The notes below the pieces were generated by a model. That model was not told the DNA's origin. It saw only the letters and a list, made by a program, of their open reading frames with translations, and did not search any database. Below are positions 47,990-58,316 of a DNA stretch of 64,000 nt, piece by piece. Made by a program: the position numbers and the translations under genes. Each line of letters opens with the position of its first letter. The first letter of the stretch is position 1. The stretch is from a bacterium (GTDB lineage: Bacteria; Patescibacteriota; Patescibacteriia; UBA9570), in assembly GCA_030698395.1 (NCBI GenBank), contig JAUYKW010000025.1, forward strand, positions 68,179 through 132,178, written 5' to 3'.

Positions 47990-49612
47990 TTATGCGGAGG
48001 GTTTTTTAAATAATTTACGGAAACGAATATATTCAAATAAACGCAAACCAGTGAAGCGACCAAATACAAAATTAAGAACCAGAGTTAGCAATACAGCCTC
48101 AGGGTAAGCCATAATAAATGTTTCAAATACACCCCAAGTAACAATGCCGTAACTAATTATAGCCAAGACTAACGTTTCTATGGTCAATACAATTGCGGTA
48201 CGGTTGCCTTGTTCAATTTGAGCTTCTACAAATTTTTCAGTAAGAATAATCATGACTAAAATAGGAAAGATAGAAATAGTTACAATTGAGCTTCTACCTA
48301 AATAACTAGCAGCAATAAACATGATAAATATCGACAAACTAACGATTGTTAAAACTATGGCCATGCGGGGCATGTACAAAATACGTAAATATCGAACTAA
48401 TAATCTAGATACAGTTGCTACTACTAGTAATAGCAAGAATAGAACTAAACCATATTTTAATTGAGTAACTACAAAAGTTAGAGCGATAATAGATGGAACG
48501 TAGATACCAAAAGCTTTTACACCAACTATTTGTCTACCAAAGGCAATGATTGTAGCTACAATCGGTAGGATGAGTAAAAGGAATAAAGTATCTGGACTAA
48601 CACCCTGATTGATCAGATAGTTAATACCATAAGAGAAAAAATTAAACGGAGATATTGTATCTAACACTCGTTGGCTATGACGTCCAATAATTTGATAATC
48701 GATATTATTGGATTGCAAACTTGAAGTTAGAGTATCAGCTGAAGGATTGGCAAGGATGATTTCTAATGCTGGAGTAGTTGTAAGTAGTACATATTGTGGC
48801 GTGATGATGTTAAAAGTACTTTGAGCTAACCTAGCTAAAGCAGACCCTGCGGTTTTATCATCAATTCTTACGATGGCTTTCTGGCTGAAGCTAGCACTAG
48901 ATGTAGCAACATCTCCATTTGAAGAGGTAAATATTCTACCAACTTCAGATAGTGCATTTAGGCCAATATTTTTTCCGGTCCAGGTAATGATTAAATTGGC
49001 TTGAGCCAAATCTTCCTCTGACGTTACTAATTGTTCCGCAATATTTCTAGAGAGAGCATAGTTTGGATCGTTTTCATTTGTTGGTTTTACCGAAACCAAA
49101 AGAGTGCCGTGTCTTTGGGCATAGTCTTTAAGTTTTTTTAAATCATCCTTTGATACAGAATTGTCGGTAATAAGTAATACAACGTCTTTTGCGATAGAAA
49201 CTAACAATGTGTCTTTGGATACTTTTTCGCCATCAGTAACTGTTATTCTTGCTTTATACGTTCCTGGTTCAGCATAAATATGCGATGCGTCTATACCAAC
49301 AAATTGTTCCCCATCCCCAAAATCCCAAGTGTAGATTAATTTTTCATCAGTTGGACCAGTAGAACCAGATGCATCAAATACAATATTGCGTCCTACCACA
49401 CCATTTTTATCTTTGCCCGCAGATGCAGCCAATGGCGTTGCTTCGATTATTTCTTCCTCTTTCGCATTGTTCCCATCTTGAGAAGATTCAGTATTAGCAA
49501 CAACGACCTCGTCAGTAACCGGATTTTCAATAACAGTCTCTTGTGCAGAGACGTTTGGCCAAGGTGACAAGCTAAAAAGGAGAACAATAATTATCGTTAG
49601 TTGTTTTTTCAT
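47990..49612 (-). CDS. signal peptide + PKD domain + C-terminal multi-TM (7TM-like) membrane protein
   Basis: Cleavable signal MKKQLTIIIVLLFSLSPWPNVSA; PKD motif FDASGS...YTWDFGDGE...HIYAEPGTYKARITVTDG; C-terminal about 200 aa with 6-7 hydrophobic helices. Confidence 0.55.
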   Translation of the reverse strand: MKKQLTIIIVLLFSLSPWPNVSAQETVIENPVTDEVVVANTESSQDGNNAKEEEIIEATPLAASAGKDKNGVVGRNIVFDASGSTGPTDEKLIYTWDFGDGEQFVGIDASHIYAEPGTYKARITVTDGEKVSKDTLLVSIAKDVVLLITDNSVSKDDLKKLKDYAQRHGTLLVSVKPTNENDPNYALSRNIAEQLVTSEEDLAQANLIITWTGKNIGLNALSEVGRIFTSSNGDVATSSASFSQKAIVRIDDKTAGSALARLAQSTFNIITPQYVLLTTTPALEIILANPSADTLTSSLQSNNIDYQIIGRHSQRVLDTISPFNFFSYGINYLINQGVSPDTLFLLLILPIVATIIAFGRQIVGVKAFGIYVPSIIALTFVVTQLKYGLVLFLLLLVVATVSRLLVRYLRILYMPRMAIVLTIVSLSIFIMFIAASYLGRSSIVTISIFPILVMIILTEKFVEAQIEQGNRTAIVLTIETLVLAIISYGIVTWGVFETFIMAYPEAVLLTLVLNFVFGRFTGLRLFEYIRFRKLFKKPSA

Positions 49613-50112
49613 ATTTCAGCTGGATTATTCATTAAGCTGGATGTTGTTATGGCAATCGCCAAAGCATCAGCGGCATCGTCAGGCTTAGGAATGCTTTTTA
49701 GTTGGAGTATTTGTTGAGTCATATATTGAACTTGTTTCTTATCGGCTGAACCATATCCAGTGATTGCGTTTTTTACTTGTGGTGGTGTTAGTTCTACTAA
49801 CTTCGCTCCATGTTGATCGATGGCTAGTAGAATAACTCCCCGGGCATGCGAAACTGCAGAAGCAGTTTTAATATTTTTTGAGAAGAAAATTTTCTCACAG
49901 CCAACAGCAATGGGTTTGTATTTGATAAGTAATTCTGAAAGGGCATTATATATTTCTGATAAACGAGTAGAATCTGGTAATCTGGAAGCTGTTCGGATGA
50001 CTCCATACTCTAATACTTCTGGTAGTGATGACTTCTTGGAGACGCGGATAGCGCCATAGCCAGTTATTGCTGTACCTGGATCAATGCCAATAAAAATATC
50101 AGAGTTCGGCAT
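49609..50112 (-). CDS. ruvC: crossover junction endodeoxyribonuclease RuvC
   Basis: Start set at MPNSDIFIGIDPGT; catalytic IGIDPG...GYG. Confidence 0.85.
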   Translation of the reverse strand: MPNSDIFIGIDPGTAITGYGAIRVSKKSSLPEVLEYGVIRTASRLPDSTRLSEIYNALSELLIKYKPIAVGCEKIFFSKNIKTASAVSHARGVILLAIDQHGAKLVELTPPQVKNAITGYGSADKKQVQYMTQQILQLKSIPKPDDAADALAIAITTSSLMNNPAEI

Positions 50113-50800
50113 TGTGGTAAGTTTCGTCAATGTCTTCATTTTCTTCTAAGTCTGATAATAGCTTTTCAATTCTTCCTTTATCTTCTTCTTTACTGACATT
50201 TACTTTTGTTAGAGGAACTAAGTGAATTTCTGCTAGTTCAACATCATCTCCCATGGCATCTTTTACAGCATCTAAGGTTTCTGGAGATGTATATATAGTA
50301 AGACCATCATCTTCCTCAACTATATCGTCCGCACCTGCATCCATGGCTATTAATTGGAGTTCGTCCGCGCTCTTCTCAATGCGCACAATTCCCTTTTTTT
50401 GGAACAAATAATTAACAGTTCCTGGTCCACCTAGATTACCTCCAGCCTTAGATAAGGTTGTTTTAATGAACGTAGCTGTACGATTCGTGTTATCTGTAGA
50501 ACAGCGAATCATGATGGCAACACCTCCGGGACCATAACATTCATATGTAAGCTCTTCTATTAACTGTCCAGGTAATTCTCCGGCACCACGTAAAATTGCC
50601 CTTTCTATGTTGTCTTTGGGCATATTTGCAGCTTTTGCTGCATCAATTGCGGTCCGTAGGGCAGAATTCATCGATGGATCTTTACCGTTTTTGGCCGCTA
50701 AACTAATATTTTTCGATAGTTTAGTAAAAATAGCACCTTTTTTGGCGTCTGTAGCACCTTTTGCTCGCTTAATACTTGACCATTTAGAGTGTCCTGACAT
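50099..50800 (-). CDS. yebC: YebC/PmpR family transcriptional regulator
   Basis: MSGHSKWSSIKRAKGATDAKKGAIFTKL N-terminus. Confidence 0.85.
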   Translation of the reverse strand: MSGHSKWSSIKRAKGATDAKKGAIFTKLSKNISLAAKNGKDPSMNSALRTAIDAAKAANMPKDNIERAILRGAGELPGQLIEELTYECYGPGGVAIMIRCSTDNTNRTATFIKTTLSKAGGNLGGPGTVNYLFQKKGIVRIEKSADELQLIAMDAGADDIVEEDDGLTIYTSPETLDAVKDAMGDDVELAEIHLVPLTKVNVSKEEDKGRIEKLLSDLEENEDIDETYHNAEL

Positions 50801-50890
50801 AGAAAATCTTGTTAATTATAACAAAAAATGGTTAAATAATCAAGGGTAATCATTGAGCAGGCTGTATGTCTGCGCTATACTAAACAAACT

Positions 50891-51934
50891 ATGATAAATA
50901 CAGATAAAATCAAACAATTAGATAGCCAAAACATGCTTGGAAGTATTGATCAGCTTGCAAGTCAGGTAAAACATGCTTGGGATGCAGTGAAACAAATAGA
51001 AGTTCCTGAACACTACAAAGAATGTAAGAATATTGTGTTATTTGGTATGGGCGGATCAGCATTGGGCATGGATATTATTAAAGCAGTTTATTCAAACCAA
51101 ATTACTGTACCAATTCACATTCAAAATGATTATGCAGTACCTAAATTTGTAGATAAGAATTCTTTGGTAATTCTTTCTAGTTACTCCGGTACAACTGAGG
51201 AGGTTGTGGCAACTGCATCAGAAGTAGCAGAATTAACTGATCGTATTCTAGTGGTCACAACCGGTGGTAAGTTGAGTGAATTAATGGAAGAAAAGAAGTA
51301 TCCTGGATACTTAATAGAGCCGACGTTTAATCCATGTGGTCAGCCACGTATTGCTGTAGGATATGCAACAATTGGATTGCTAGGATTATTGAATAACGTT
51401 GGTTTGGTAAAATTATCAGATCAAAACATTGATGATGTTGTACATTTTTTAGAAGGCAATCGAGAATTATTGCGGGATGATGCTATGCGAGTAGCTAGTG
51501 ATACAGAGCAATATATTCCAGTATATATTGGTAGTGAATTCTTGGCTGGAAACGTTCATGTAATGTCTAATCAGACAAATGAAAATGGTAAGCACTTTTC
51601 AACCTGGAAATTAATACCAGAGTTGAATCATCACCTCTTGGAGGGATTGGAAAATCCTGCGGGCAATACGGATAAAATTAGATTTATTTTTTTAGAGTCA
51701 AATTTGTATCATGTGCGTAATCAGAAACGCTATGAAGTTACGAAGCAGGTGTTAGAAGAATTAAAAATGACATATTCAGTATTTGTACCTACTGCAAATA
51801 ATGAATTATTACAATCGTTTGAAACTTTGCAATGGGGAAGTTATTTAAGCTTTTATTTATCTGTACTAAATAACATAGATCCATCACCGATCCCTTGGGT
51901 GGATTATTTTAAGGATGCACTTAAAAAGCCGTAA
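50891..51934 (+). CDS. bifunctional phosphoglucose/phosphomannose isomerase (SIS domain, archaeal type)
   Basis: SIS motif VLFGMGGSALG and overall about 350-aa PGI/PMI layout. Confidence 0.7.
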   Translation: MINTDKIKQLDSQNMLGSIDQLASQVKHAWDAVKQIEVPEHYKECKNIVLFGMGGSALGMDIIKAVYSNQITVPIHIQNDYAVPKFVDKNSLVILSSYSGTTEEVVATASEVAELTDRILVVTTGGKLSELMEEKKYPGYLIEPTFNPCGQPRIAVGYATIGLLGLLNNVGLVKLSDQNIDDVVHFLEGNRELLRDDAMRVASDTEQYIPVYIGSEFLAGNVHVMSNQTNENGKHFSTWKLIPELNHHLLEGLENPAGNTDKIRFIFLESNLYHVRNQKRYEVTKQVLEELKMTYSVFVPTANNELLQSFETLQWGSYLSFYLSVLNNIDPSPIPWVDYFKDALKKP

Positions 51935-53453
51935 AGGAGAAATTGCCTTCTATACGGCAGTAGCTTTATTTAGCGGGATTTACTTTAGTATTTTGCAATG
52001 GCCAAGTAGCTTTGCTGATCCTGATTCTTTTTATCACGCAAGGATAATTCAGCAGATTTCTGAGCATGGATTACTCTATGCATTTCCTTGGCTCCAAGCT
52101 ACAACGCTTGCAGAAAAGTTTACAGATCATCATTTGTTGTATCATTTATTCTTGGTTCCATTCACGACCGTGCTAGATCCTGCAACTGCAGTCAAAGCCG
52201 GGCAGGTGGTGTTACTAGTAATTTTATCATTAGTTCTAGTATCTATATTACGGCGTTGGAAGTTGTCTTATAGTTGGGCCGCTTTGTTCATACTCTATAC
52301 AATTTCACCTTTTGTAGTACGGATAAATTTAGTTAAAGCAACAGCTTTGGCGATGATTATTTTGTTAGGTATTTTTATTTTATTGTTAGAAAGAAAATAT
52401 GGTTTAGTGGCACTATTGACTGTGGCTTATACCTGGGCGCATGGTGGATTTATATTGGCATGGTTAGTTGCTATGATGATTTGGCTGGCAGACATTGTTA
52501 CACAATCTATAAAACGAAAAAGAATTTATTTTGAAGATCCACGGGGTGTGATAATGGTTACGTTGGGCATTATAGCGGGCATAATAATAAATCCATATTT
52601 TCCACAAAACTTATTTTTTTTCTGGGAACAAGTTGTTCAGATCGGTTTCATTAATTATCAAGAAGTTATAGAGGTAGGAGGTGAATGGTATCCATTTGCG
52701 CTCGATCAGTTAACGGGGTTACTTAGTATTTTGCTTATTGCCGTATTGTTAGCCTGTATGATTTTTGTGTGGCAAAGAAAGAAATACTTTACAGACATCA
52801 AAGCAGTTAGCTTATTGTTTATAGCGATAATGTTCTTTTTTGCAACTTTACGCTCACGGCGTAATGTAGAGTATTTGGTTCCATTTTTGTGGTTGTGGAC
52901 ATGTTATTTGGTTTTGCCCTATCTAGAATCAGGAGCTTGGAAGGTTCATCTTAAAAAGCTAAAGCAACAATTAGGAAAGGTGTTTACAGTATTAGCTGTT
53001 TATTTACTAATTGTTATTCCGCTGGCATCAATTAAAAATGTATTTGAAGCACAAGAAGATTTAAGTGAGGGCATTGATTTGTCCACTTATCAGGCAGCTG
53101 GGGAGTATATGAAAGAAAACATCCCTGTGAATACAAATATATTTCACACACAATGGGATGAGTTTCCTATGTTGTATTATCAGAATTCGAATAATTATTA
53201 TTTAGTAGGACTCGATGCAACATTTATGTATTTAGATGACGCTGACAAATATCGGCGCTGGCGAGAGATATCCGAAGGCAATGTAAAAGAGCATTTATCT
53301 ACAATAATAAATGAAGAGTTCAATTCATCATATGTTTTTATAGGGCGTTCTACAAAAAGTTCTCAGTTGCTTGATGCATATTTGTTTCGTGATCCAGAAG
53401 TAATCCTTGAATACGAAGATGAATATACGAGGATATATAATCTAGGCACATGA
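51915..53453 (+). CDS. GT-C-fold-like polytopic membrane glycosyltransferase candidate, paralog 1
   Basis: About 11 TM helices; first extracytoplasmic loop motif ADPDSFYHARI (acidic-aromatic loop reminiscent of STT3 FDPYFNYR / ArnT-PMT DE loop); C-terminal soluble domain. Confidence 0.45.
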   Translation: MHLKSRKGEIAFYTAVALFSGIYFSILQWPSSFADPDSFYHARIIQQISEHGLLYAFPWLQATTLAEKFTDHHLLYHLFLVPFTTVLDPATAVKAGQVVLLVILSLVLVSILRRWKLSYSWAALFILYTISPFVVRINLVKATALAMIILLGIFILLLERKYGLVALLTVAYTWAHGGFILAWLVAMMIWLADIVTQSIKRKRIYFEDPRGVIMVTLGIIAGIIINPYFPQNLFFFWEQVVQIGFINYQEVIEVGGEWYPFALDQLTGLLSILLIAVLLACMIFVWQRKKYFTDIKAVSLLFIAIMFFFATLRSRRNVEYLVPFLWLWTCYLVLPYLESGAWKVHLKKLKQQLGKVFTVLAVYLLIVIPLASIKNVFEAQEDLSEGIDLSTYQAAGEYMKENIPVNTNIFHTQWDEFPMLYYQNSNNYYLVGLDATFMYLDDADKYRRWREISEGNVKEHLSTIINEEFNSSYVFIGRSTKSSQLLDAYLFRDPEVILEYEDEYTRIYNLGT

Positions 53454-54973
53454 AACGATTATTGTCGAAAGATCATTTAATATTATACTTACTCACTAGT
53501 AGTATATTTGTTTTATTTTTATTTAATCAGTATTCATCCGTGTTAGCAGATCCGGATTCCTTTTATCATATGAAAATGGCACAGTTGTTGTTGGATCAAG
53601 GAATAATTAAGGATTTTATATGGTTACCATACACTACTTTAAGTGAACATTTTGTTAATCAGCATTTATTGTTTCATGTATTATTAGCACCATTTGTTAC
53701 GTGGGGAAATCCATTTTTGGGTGTAAAATTATTTACGGCGTTATTAGGTACAACTGCAATCATTAGTATTGCGTTATTGCTACGAAGTTTAAAGTTGCGT
53801 TGGTGGCTTTTGGCAACAGTTATTTTAACGCTTACTGTTACCTTTACATTTCGATTGAACTTAGTAAAAGCATCGCCACTGTCGATGATATTGTTGTGCG
53901 TGGTAATTTGGTGTTTGATAAAAAAAAGAAATTGGTTATTAGCGGTTACGAGCATGGTTTTTGTGTGGAGCTATGGGGGCTTTTTTCTTGTTATCCCAGT
54001 TGTTTGTATTTGGATAATTGCTAATGCAAAAAAAGCTTTATGGAAAAAACCTGGTATATTTAAAAACCTAATAATTTTAATAAGACCACTATTGGCTGCT
54101 TGTGGGGGTATAATAATTGGATTACTTTTTAACCCATACTTTCCTGATAATTTATATTTTTATTGGGAGCAGGTAGTACAAATTGGAATTATAAATTACG
54201 GAGATAGTATCGGCGTGGGCGGTGAGTGGTATTCATATTATCCTCACGAATTATTTATTGGTTCTTTATGGCTTACTTTTATATTTGGCGGAGCATTGTT
54301 TTTTAAAATCATAAATCGGTTAAAGTGGAAAGAGTTGGATTGGTTTGTACTTGGTTTGTCTATTTTTGGAATGTTGTTAACATTTAAATCACGGCGCTAT
54401 GTGGAGTATTTTGGTCCGTTTACAATTCTTGCTGCGGCTACTTGGTTGAATGAGTTAAAAACTGATTCATTAAAACGTTTGATAAAAAGCGATATGCCAT
54501 TGAGAAAGATGGTAATGTGCTTACTACTAACAGCTTTTTTGGTTATTAGTGTTGTTCCGATAATTCTCCATGATAGCATTACTAACGCCAGTGATGTACG
54601 TGAGGGTTATTCGATTACACAATATAAGGATGCTAGTGAATGGTTGAGCATAAATGCAGTTCCGGGTAGCAATGTGATGCATAGTGATTGGGATGATTTT
54701 CCCATGTTGTTTTACTACAATAGCAATGTTAATTATATGGCCGGCTTAGATCCAACATTTATGTATCGTTATAATGAAGATCTGTATTGGATGTGGGTAG
54801 AGATTACCCTTGGTACTTATAAAGGAGATTTAGGAGATGCCCTATCTAAGCTAAATGTAAAGTACATTTTTATTGAAAGTAATCATACGGAAATGTATAA
54901 CTTATTTAATGAATATAAAAAAGTAAAACTTATTTATACTGATGAAGAAGCTGACATTTTTGTAGTACTGTAG
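53450..54973 (+). CDS. GT-C-fold-like polytopic membrane glycosyltransferase candidate, paralog 2
   Basis: Same architecture and motif (ADPDSFYHMKM; shared NPYFP, WEQVVQIG, VGGEWY, DDFPMLFY); tandem paralog of 51915..53453. Confidence 0.45.
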   Translation: MKRLLSKDHLILYLLTSSIFVLFLFNQYSSVLADPDSFYHMKMAQLLLDQGIIKDFIWLPYTTLSEHFVNQHLLFHVLLAPFVTWGNPFLGVKLFTALLGTTAIISIALLLRSLKLRWWLLATVILTLTVTFTFRLNLVKASPLSMILLCVVIWCLIKKRNWLLAVTSMVFVWSYGGFFLVIPVVCIWIIANAKKALWKKPGIFKNLIILIRPLLAACGGIIIGLLFNPYFPDNLYFYWEQVVQIGIINYGDSIGVGGEWYSYYPHELFIGSLWLTFIFGGALFFKIINRLKWKELDWFVLGLSIFGMLLTFKSRRYVEYFGPFTILAAATWLNELKTDSLKRLIKSDMPLRKMVMCLLLTAFLVISVVPIILHDSITNASDVREGYSITQYKDASEWLSINAVPGSNVMHSDWDDFPMLFYYNSNVNYMAGLDPTFMYRYNEDLYWMWVEITLGTYKGDLGDALSKLNVKYIFIESNHTEMYNLFNEYKKVKLIYTDEEADIFVVL

Positions 54974-55039
54974 GGAAAAAGCTAAAAACAAAACAGACCT
55001 CGATTAAGAGATCTGTTTGAATATGTAAGTATTTGTTCT

Positions 55040-55414
55040 TTACGCTCCTGTGAAATTCAACAAGTTGTTGATTGCATAGGTTGAAAGTCCCCAAGCTGCT
55101 AAGATGATCACTAAACCAATTAAGGCAGCGATTAAAAGCTTTTTGGCGCTTTCTACTTTTTCTTCATTACCACCAGCAGTCATCCATCGGAATCCACCGA
55201 TAAGAATCATGATAACGGCAACTAGCGCTAGTAGGCCTAATACCCAATTTACTACGCTTACGGCTAGATCCACTGGACTGGAATTACCCAATACTAGTGA
55301 GTTACCAATACCAGATGTATCTATAGTATCTACAGTTGCTGCACTAGCAATGTTTGCTGTTAGCAATGTAGCAGATCCTACTGCCAAATAACCTAGTTTT
55401 TTAAATTTATTCAT
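55040..55414 (-). CDS. VirB2/TrbC-pilin-like small secreted membrane protein, paralog 1 of 10
   Basis: Signal peptide (ATLLTANIASAAT), variable segment, then conserved hairpin LALVAVIMILIGGFRWMTAGGNEEKVESAKKLLIAALIGLVIILAAWG. Confidence 0.55.
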   Translation of the reverse strand: MNKFKKLGYLAVGSATLLTANIASAATVDTIDTSGIGNSLVLGNSSPVDLAVSVVNWVLGLLALVAVIMILIGGFRWMTAGGNEEKVESAKKLLIAALIGLVIILAAWGLSTYAINNLLNFTGA

Positions 55415-55544
55415 AGCGAATTGCGTTAAGAATATTGTTAGTTAGATATTTTTTTAATTCTCCTATTTATGGATGCAATTATAGCACATCTAGAATTGAT
55501 TGTAAATGTTTTATAGACAGGTAGATAGAGGAAAGAAAAAGTTA

Positions 55545-55574
55545 TTGACTTCAGAGGGTAAAATGTGGTATGCT
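55545..55574 (+). promoter_or_regulatory. candidate sigma70-like promoter for the plus-strand pilin-like array
   Basis: TTGACT - 18 nt - TGgTATGCT (extended -10), upstream of paralog 2. Confidence 0.3.
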
Positions 55575-55582
55575 ATTTATCA

Positions 55583-55993
55583 ATGCAGACTACTAAATAT
55601 AATTTATCGTTTGCAACATTTGCAAGAACATTGGCAATTGCTTTTTTAATTACATTCCCATTTGCAGTTAGTGCATATACTTTAGGATTTGATCCTGCAG
55701 TTGGTGACACGGAGCAACCATTACAGAAAGCAAGTCAATTAGGAACTGCAGATCCAACTCAAATTATCTTTACTATTATTAATACTAGTTTGATATTTCT
55801 AGGATCCATAACCTTAATTATGGTAATTGTAGCAGGCTTTATGTGGTTGTTAGCAGGTGGATCTGAGGAAAAGATAAAGAAAGCAAAAGACTTACTTAAA
55901 GGAGCGACAATTGGTTTGGTTATTGTATTGTCATCATTTGGATTGGCGAATTATGTGTTTACAGCTCTCCAAAGCGCAATTATTAGTAATTAG
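55583..55993 (+). CDS. VirB2/TrbC-pilin-like small secreted membrane protein, paralog 2
   Basis: Start at MQTTKYNL; signal peptide ...FPFAVSA; LGTADPTQ then IMVIVAGFMWLLAGGSEEKIKKAKDLLKGATIGLVIVLSSFG. Confidence 0.55.
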   Translation: MQTTKYNLSFATFARTLAIAFLITFPFAVSAYTLGFDPAVGDTEQPLQKASQLGTADPTQIIFTIINTSLIFLGSITLIMVIVAGFMWLLAGGSEEKIKKAKDLLKGATIGLVIVLSSFGLANYVFTALQSAIISN

Positions 55994-56433
55994 TGAGTTT
56001 AATGACACATCAAACAAAGAGTATAAAAATTTTTTTCATCAGCGCTTTAGTGATAGCTGTTGGATTATTCGTGGCTTTCCCTCCTGAATTGGTAGGTGCA
56101 GCTAACATATCTATAAATCCAATTGATGCTAGCGGTGAGTGGGGTAATTTAACCGATACCGGCTTAGGAACAACCGATCCCGTTGTTGTGGCATCTCAAA
56201 TAATCAACATACTTTTGCGAGTATTAGGACTGTTTTCATTGATAGTTATGCTATATGGTGGATGGTTATGGATTTGGGCAAGGGGAAATGAAGAAACTAT
56301 TAGTAAGGCTAAGGATATTTTAGTAGGTACGTTTATTGGCCTAATTATCATTTTGGCTTCATATGGGATTTTGCAGTGGGTATTTTATTATCTAGCAGAC
56401 ATTACAAATGCAGGTGGCGGAGCAAGCGCTTAA
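55993..56433 (+). CDS. VirB2/TrbC-pilin-like small secreted membrane protein, paralog 3
   Basis: LGTTDPVV ... LYGGWLWIWARGNEETISKAKDILVGTFIGLIIILASYG. Confidence 0.55.
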   Translation: MSLMTHQTKSIKIFFISALVIAVGLFVAFPPELVGAANISINPIDASGEWGNLTDTGLGTTDPVVVASQIINILLRVLGLFSLIVMLYGGWLWIWARGNEETISKAKDILVGTFIGLIIILASYGILQWVFYYLADITNAGGGASA

Positions 56434-56923
56434 AAAAAATAGTTTTAAGTTTTTATTAGTAGCATGTTTAATACTGATATGTTTGCCTTTGGTAGGTATT
56501 GCAGTAGATAGTGAATCACCAGCTGAACAGGAAGATCCAACAAAAGGATATCTGCAGTTTGATCCAGCAGATAATACGAAAGTAAAAGAAGGTGGCCCCG
56601 ATGTAGCGCTTACTACAGTAAATCGACTGACATTTTTATCTGGAGGCAATGATCCATTAAGTATTTCTTTGAATATTATTAATGTGTCTCTTACCTTTTT
56701 AGGTACTTTATCAATGATAATGATTTTGTATGGGGGTGTAGTATGGTTTACATCAGGTGATAATGAGGAGAAGCTGGGCAAGGCTAAACAAATTATTATA
56801 GGAGCAATTATTGGATTGGTATTAACATTGGGTGCTTATTCAATAAGTACTTTAGTGTTTGATCAGATAAGTACTGCAACACAGAGACAAGACGATTCTT
56901 TATCGGAAGCACTTAATGATTAG
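56408..56923 (+). CDS. VirB2/TrbC-pilin-like small secreted membrane protein, paralog 4
   Basis: GGNDPLSI ... LYGGVVWFTSGDNEEKLGKAKQIIIGAIIGLVLTLGAYS. Confidence 0.55.
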   Translation: MQVAEQALKKNSFKFLLVACLILICLPLVGIAVDSESPAEQEDPTKGYLQFDPADNTKVKEGGPDVALTTVNRLTFLSGGNDPLSISLNIINVSLTFLGTLSMIMILYGGVVWFTSGDNEEKLGKAKQIIIGAIIGLVLTLGAYSISTLVFDQISTATQRQDDSLSEALND

Positions 56924-57419
56924 TAATATCAAGGATAGAATTTTAATATCAGGGTGGGTGATGGTAATTTTTTTAACTTTATTCATGCCATTTTTGGTAT
57001 TTGCCGCACCTACAACCGAGGATACTGCGCCTGTCTATACAAAGGACGCACTACCATTTGATCCAACGCAGGCGGCTCAGATAGAGTTAAAGTATCACGC
57101 AAAGGAACAATGGGAGGCCGGAAGACTTAGTACGATATGGCAACTTGATCTTGGTAGCGCTGATCCATTGTCTATAACGCTTAACATAATTAATATTGTA
57201 CTTACTTTCCTAGCTTCTGGATTTTTGATACTCTTAATGTACGCTGGAGTGTTATGGATGATAGCTCGTGGTAATCAGGAGCAAATTGATAAATCAAAAA
57301 AAATTATTCAACGAGCAGTTATTGGTTTAATCATTGTACTGGGAGCGCTTAGTATATCATCAACTATCTTCTATTTTATCGAACCTAGCTTTCAGGAGCC
57401 GGAAGCAGAAACACCATAA
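56916..57419 (+). CDS. VirB2/TrbC-pilin-like small secreted membrane protein, paralog 5
   Basis: LGSADPLSI ... MYAGVLWMIARGNQEQIDKSKKIIQRAVIGLIIVLGALS. Confidence 0.55.
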   Translation: MISNIKDRILISGWVMVIFLTLFMPFLVFAAPTTEDTAPVYTKDALPFDPTQAAQIELKYHAKEQWEAGRLSTIWQLDLGSADPLSITLNIINIVLTFLASGFLILLMYAGVLWMIARGNQEQIDKSKKIIQRAVIGLIIVLGALSISSTIFYFIEPSFQEPEAETP

Positions 57420-57428
57420 ACAAAAAAT

Positions 57429-57866
57429 ATGTATAAAAAACTCACTAGTTTATTTCTCATCATAGCATTAAGCATTACAGTGTTTTCTCTGTCTACAGCA
57501 CCTGCGTATGCGTTAAATTTTTTTCCAACATCAGATAATACTGGTCAATTAAATAATACAGCAGACACCGAAATAGCCTTAGGAGGAGTAGCCGCAACTC
57601 AAGTAGCGCTAGACTTAGTTAACTTGGCTTTATCATTACTAGTTACTCTATGTTTAATACTATTATTATATGGTGGTTTTTTATGGATCTGGGCACGTGG
57701 TAATGCTGAACAAGTACAGAAAGCAAAAGATATTATTCAGGGTACAGCTATTGGCATAGTTATCGTATTGTCAGCTTTAGGAATTACACAATTTGTATTC
57801 ATTCAGGTAGCTGATATTACAGGAGCGACCGTTGATACCGCTGAAGAACAAGCATCAACTCCTTGA
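57429..57866 (+). CDS. VirB2/TrbC-pilin-like small secreted membrane protein, paralog 6
   Basis: Signal peptide ...APAYA; LYGGFLWIWARGNAEQVQKAKDIIQGTAIGIVIVLSALG. Confidence 0.55.
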   Translation: MYKKLTSLFLIIALSITVFSLSTAPAYALNFFPTSDNTGQLNNTADTEIALGGVAATQVALDLVNLALSLLVTLCLILLLYGGFLWIWARGNAEQVQKAKDIIQGTAIGIVIVLSALGITQFVFIQVADITGATVDTAEEQASTP

Positions 57867-57893
57867 TGATTTTTAGAATGATATAAATCATCA

Positions 57894-58316
57894 GTGAAAA
57901 CAAGAATTATGAACAAGAATATTATGAATAAAGTTAAAAACATTGGTTTATCGCTGGTTATTGCGGGAGTATGTGTTGTGCCTGCAATGGCGATGGCTTA
58001 TACTCCTCAAGCTGTAGTATTTGATCCAGGTAGTAATGTAGAACGAAACACTGGTTTAGGTAACGCAAGCCCTACAGATGTAGCTGCTGGTATAATTAAT
58101 TGGGTGCTGGGGTTATTAATGATTATCTCCGTAATCTTGATTATCTACGGAGGTTTTATTTGGATGTTTTCACGTGGAAATGAAGAACAGGTAACTAAAG
58201 CGAAGGATATTTTAACTGGAGCTTTAATTGGAGCGGTGATTATTTTAGCGTCTTATGGAGCATCGTATTATGTATTTGAAAATTTACTAAATGCAACTGT
58301 AAATGGAGTTGCTTAA
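57894..58316 (+). CDS. VirB2/TrbC-pilin-like small secreted membrane protein, paralog 7
   Basis: LGNASPTDV ... IYGGFIWMFSRGNEEQVTKAKDILTGALIGAVIILASYG. Confidence 0.55.
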   Translation: MKTRIMNKNIMNKVKNIGLSLVIAGVCVVPAMAMAYTPQAVVFDPGSNVERNTGLGNASPTDVAAGIINWVLGLLMIISVILIIYGGFIWMFSRGNEEQVTKAKDILTGALIGAVIILASYGASYYVFENLLNATVNGVA

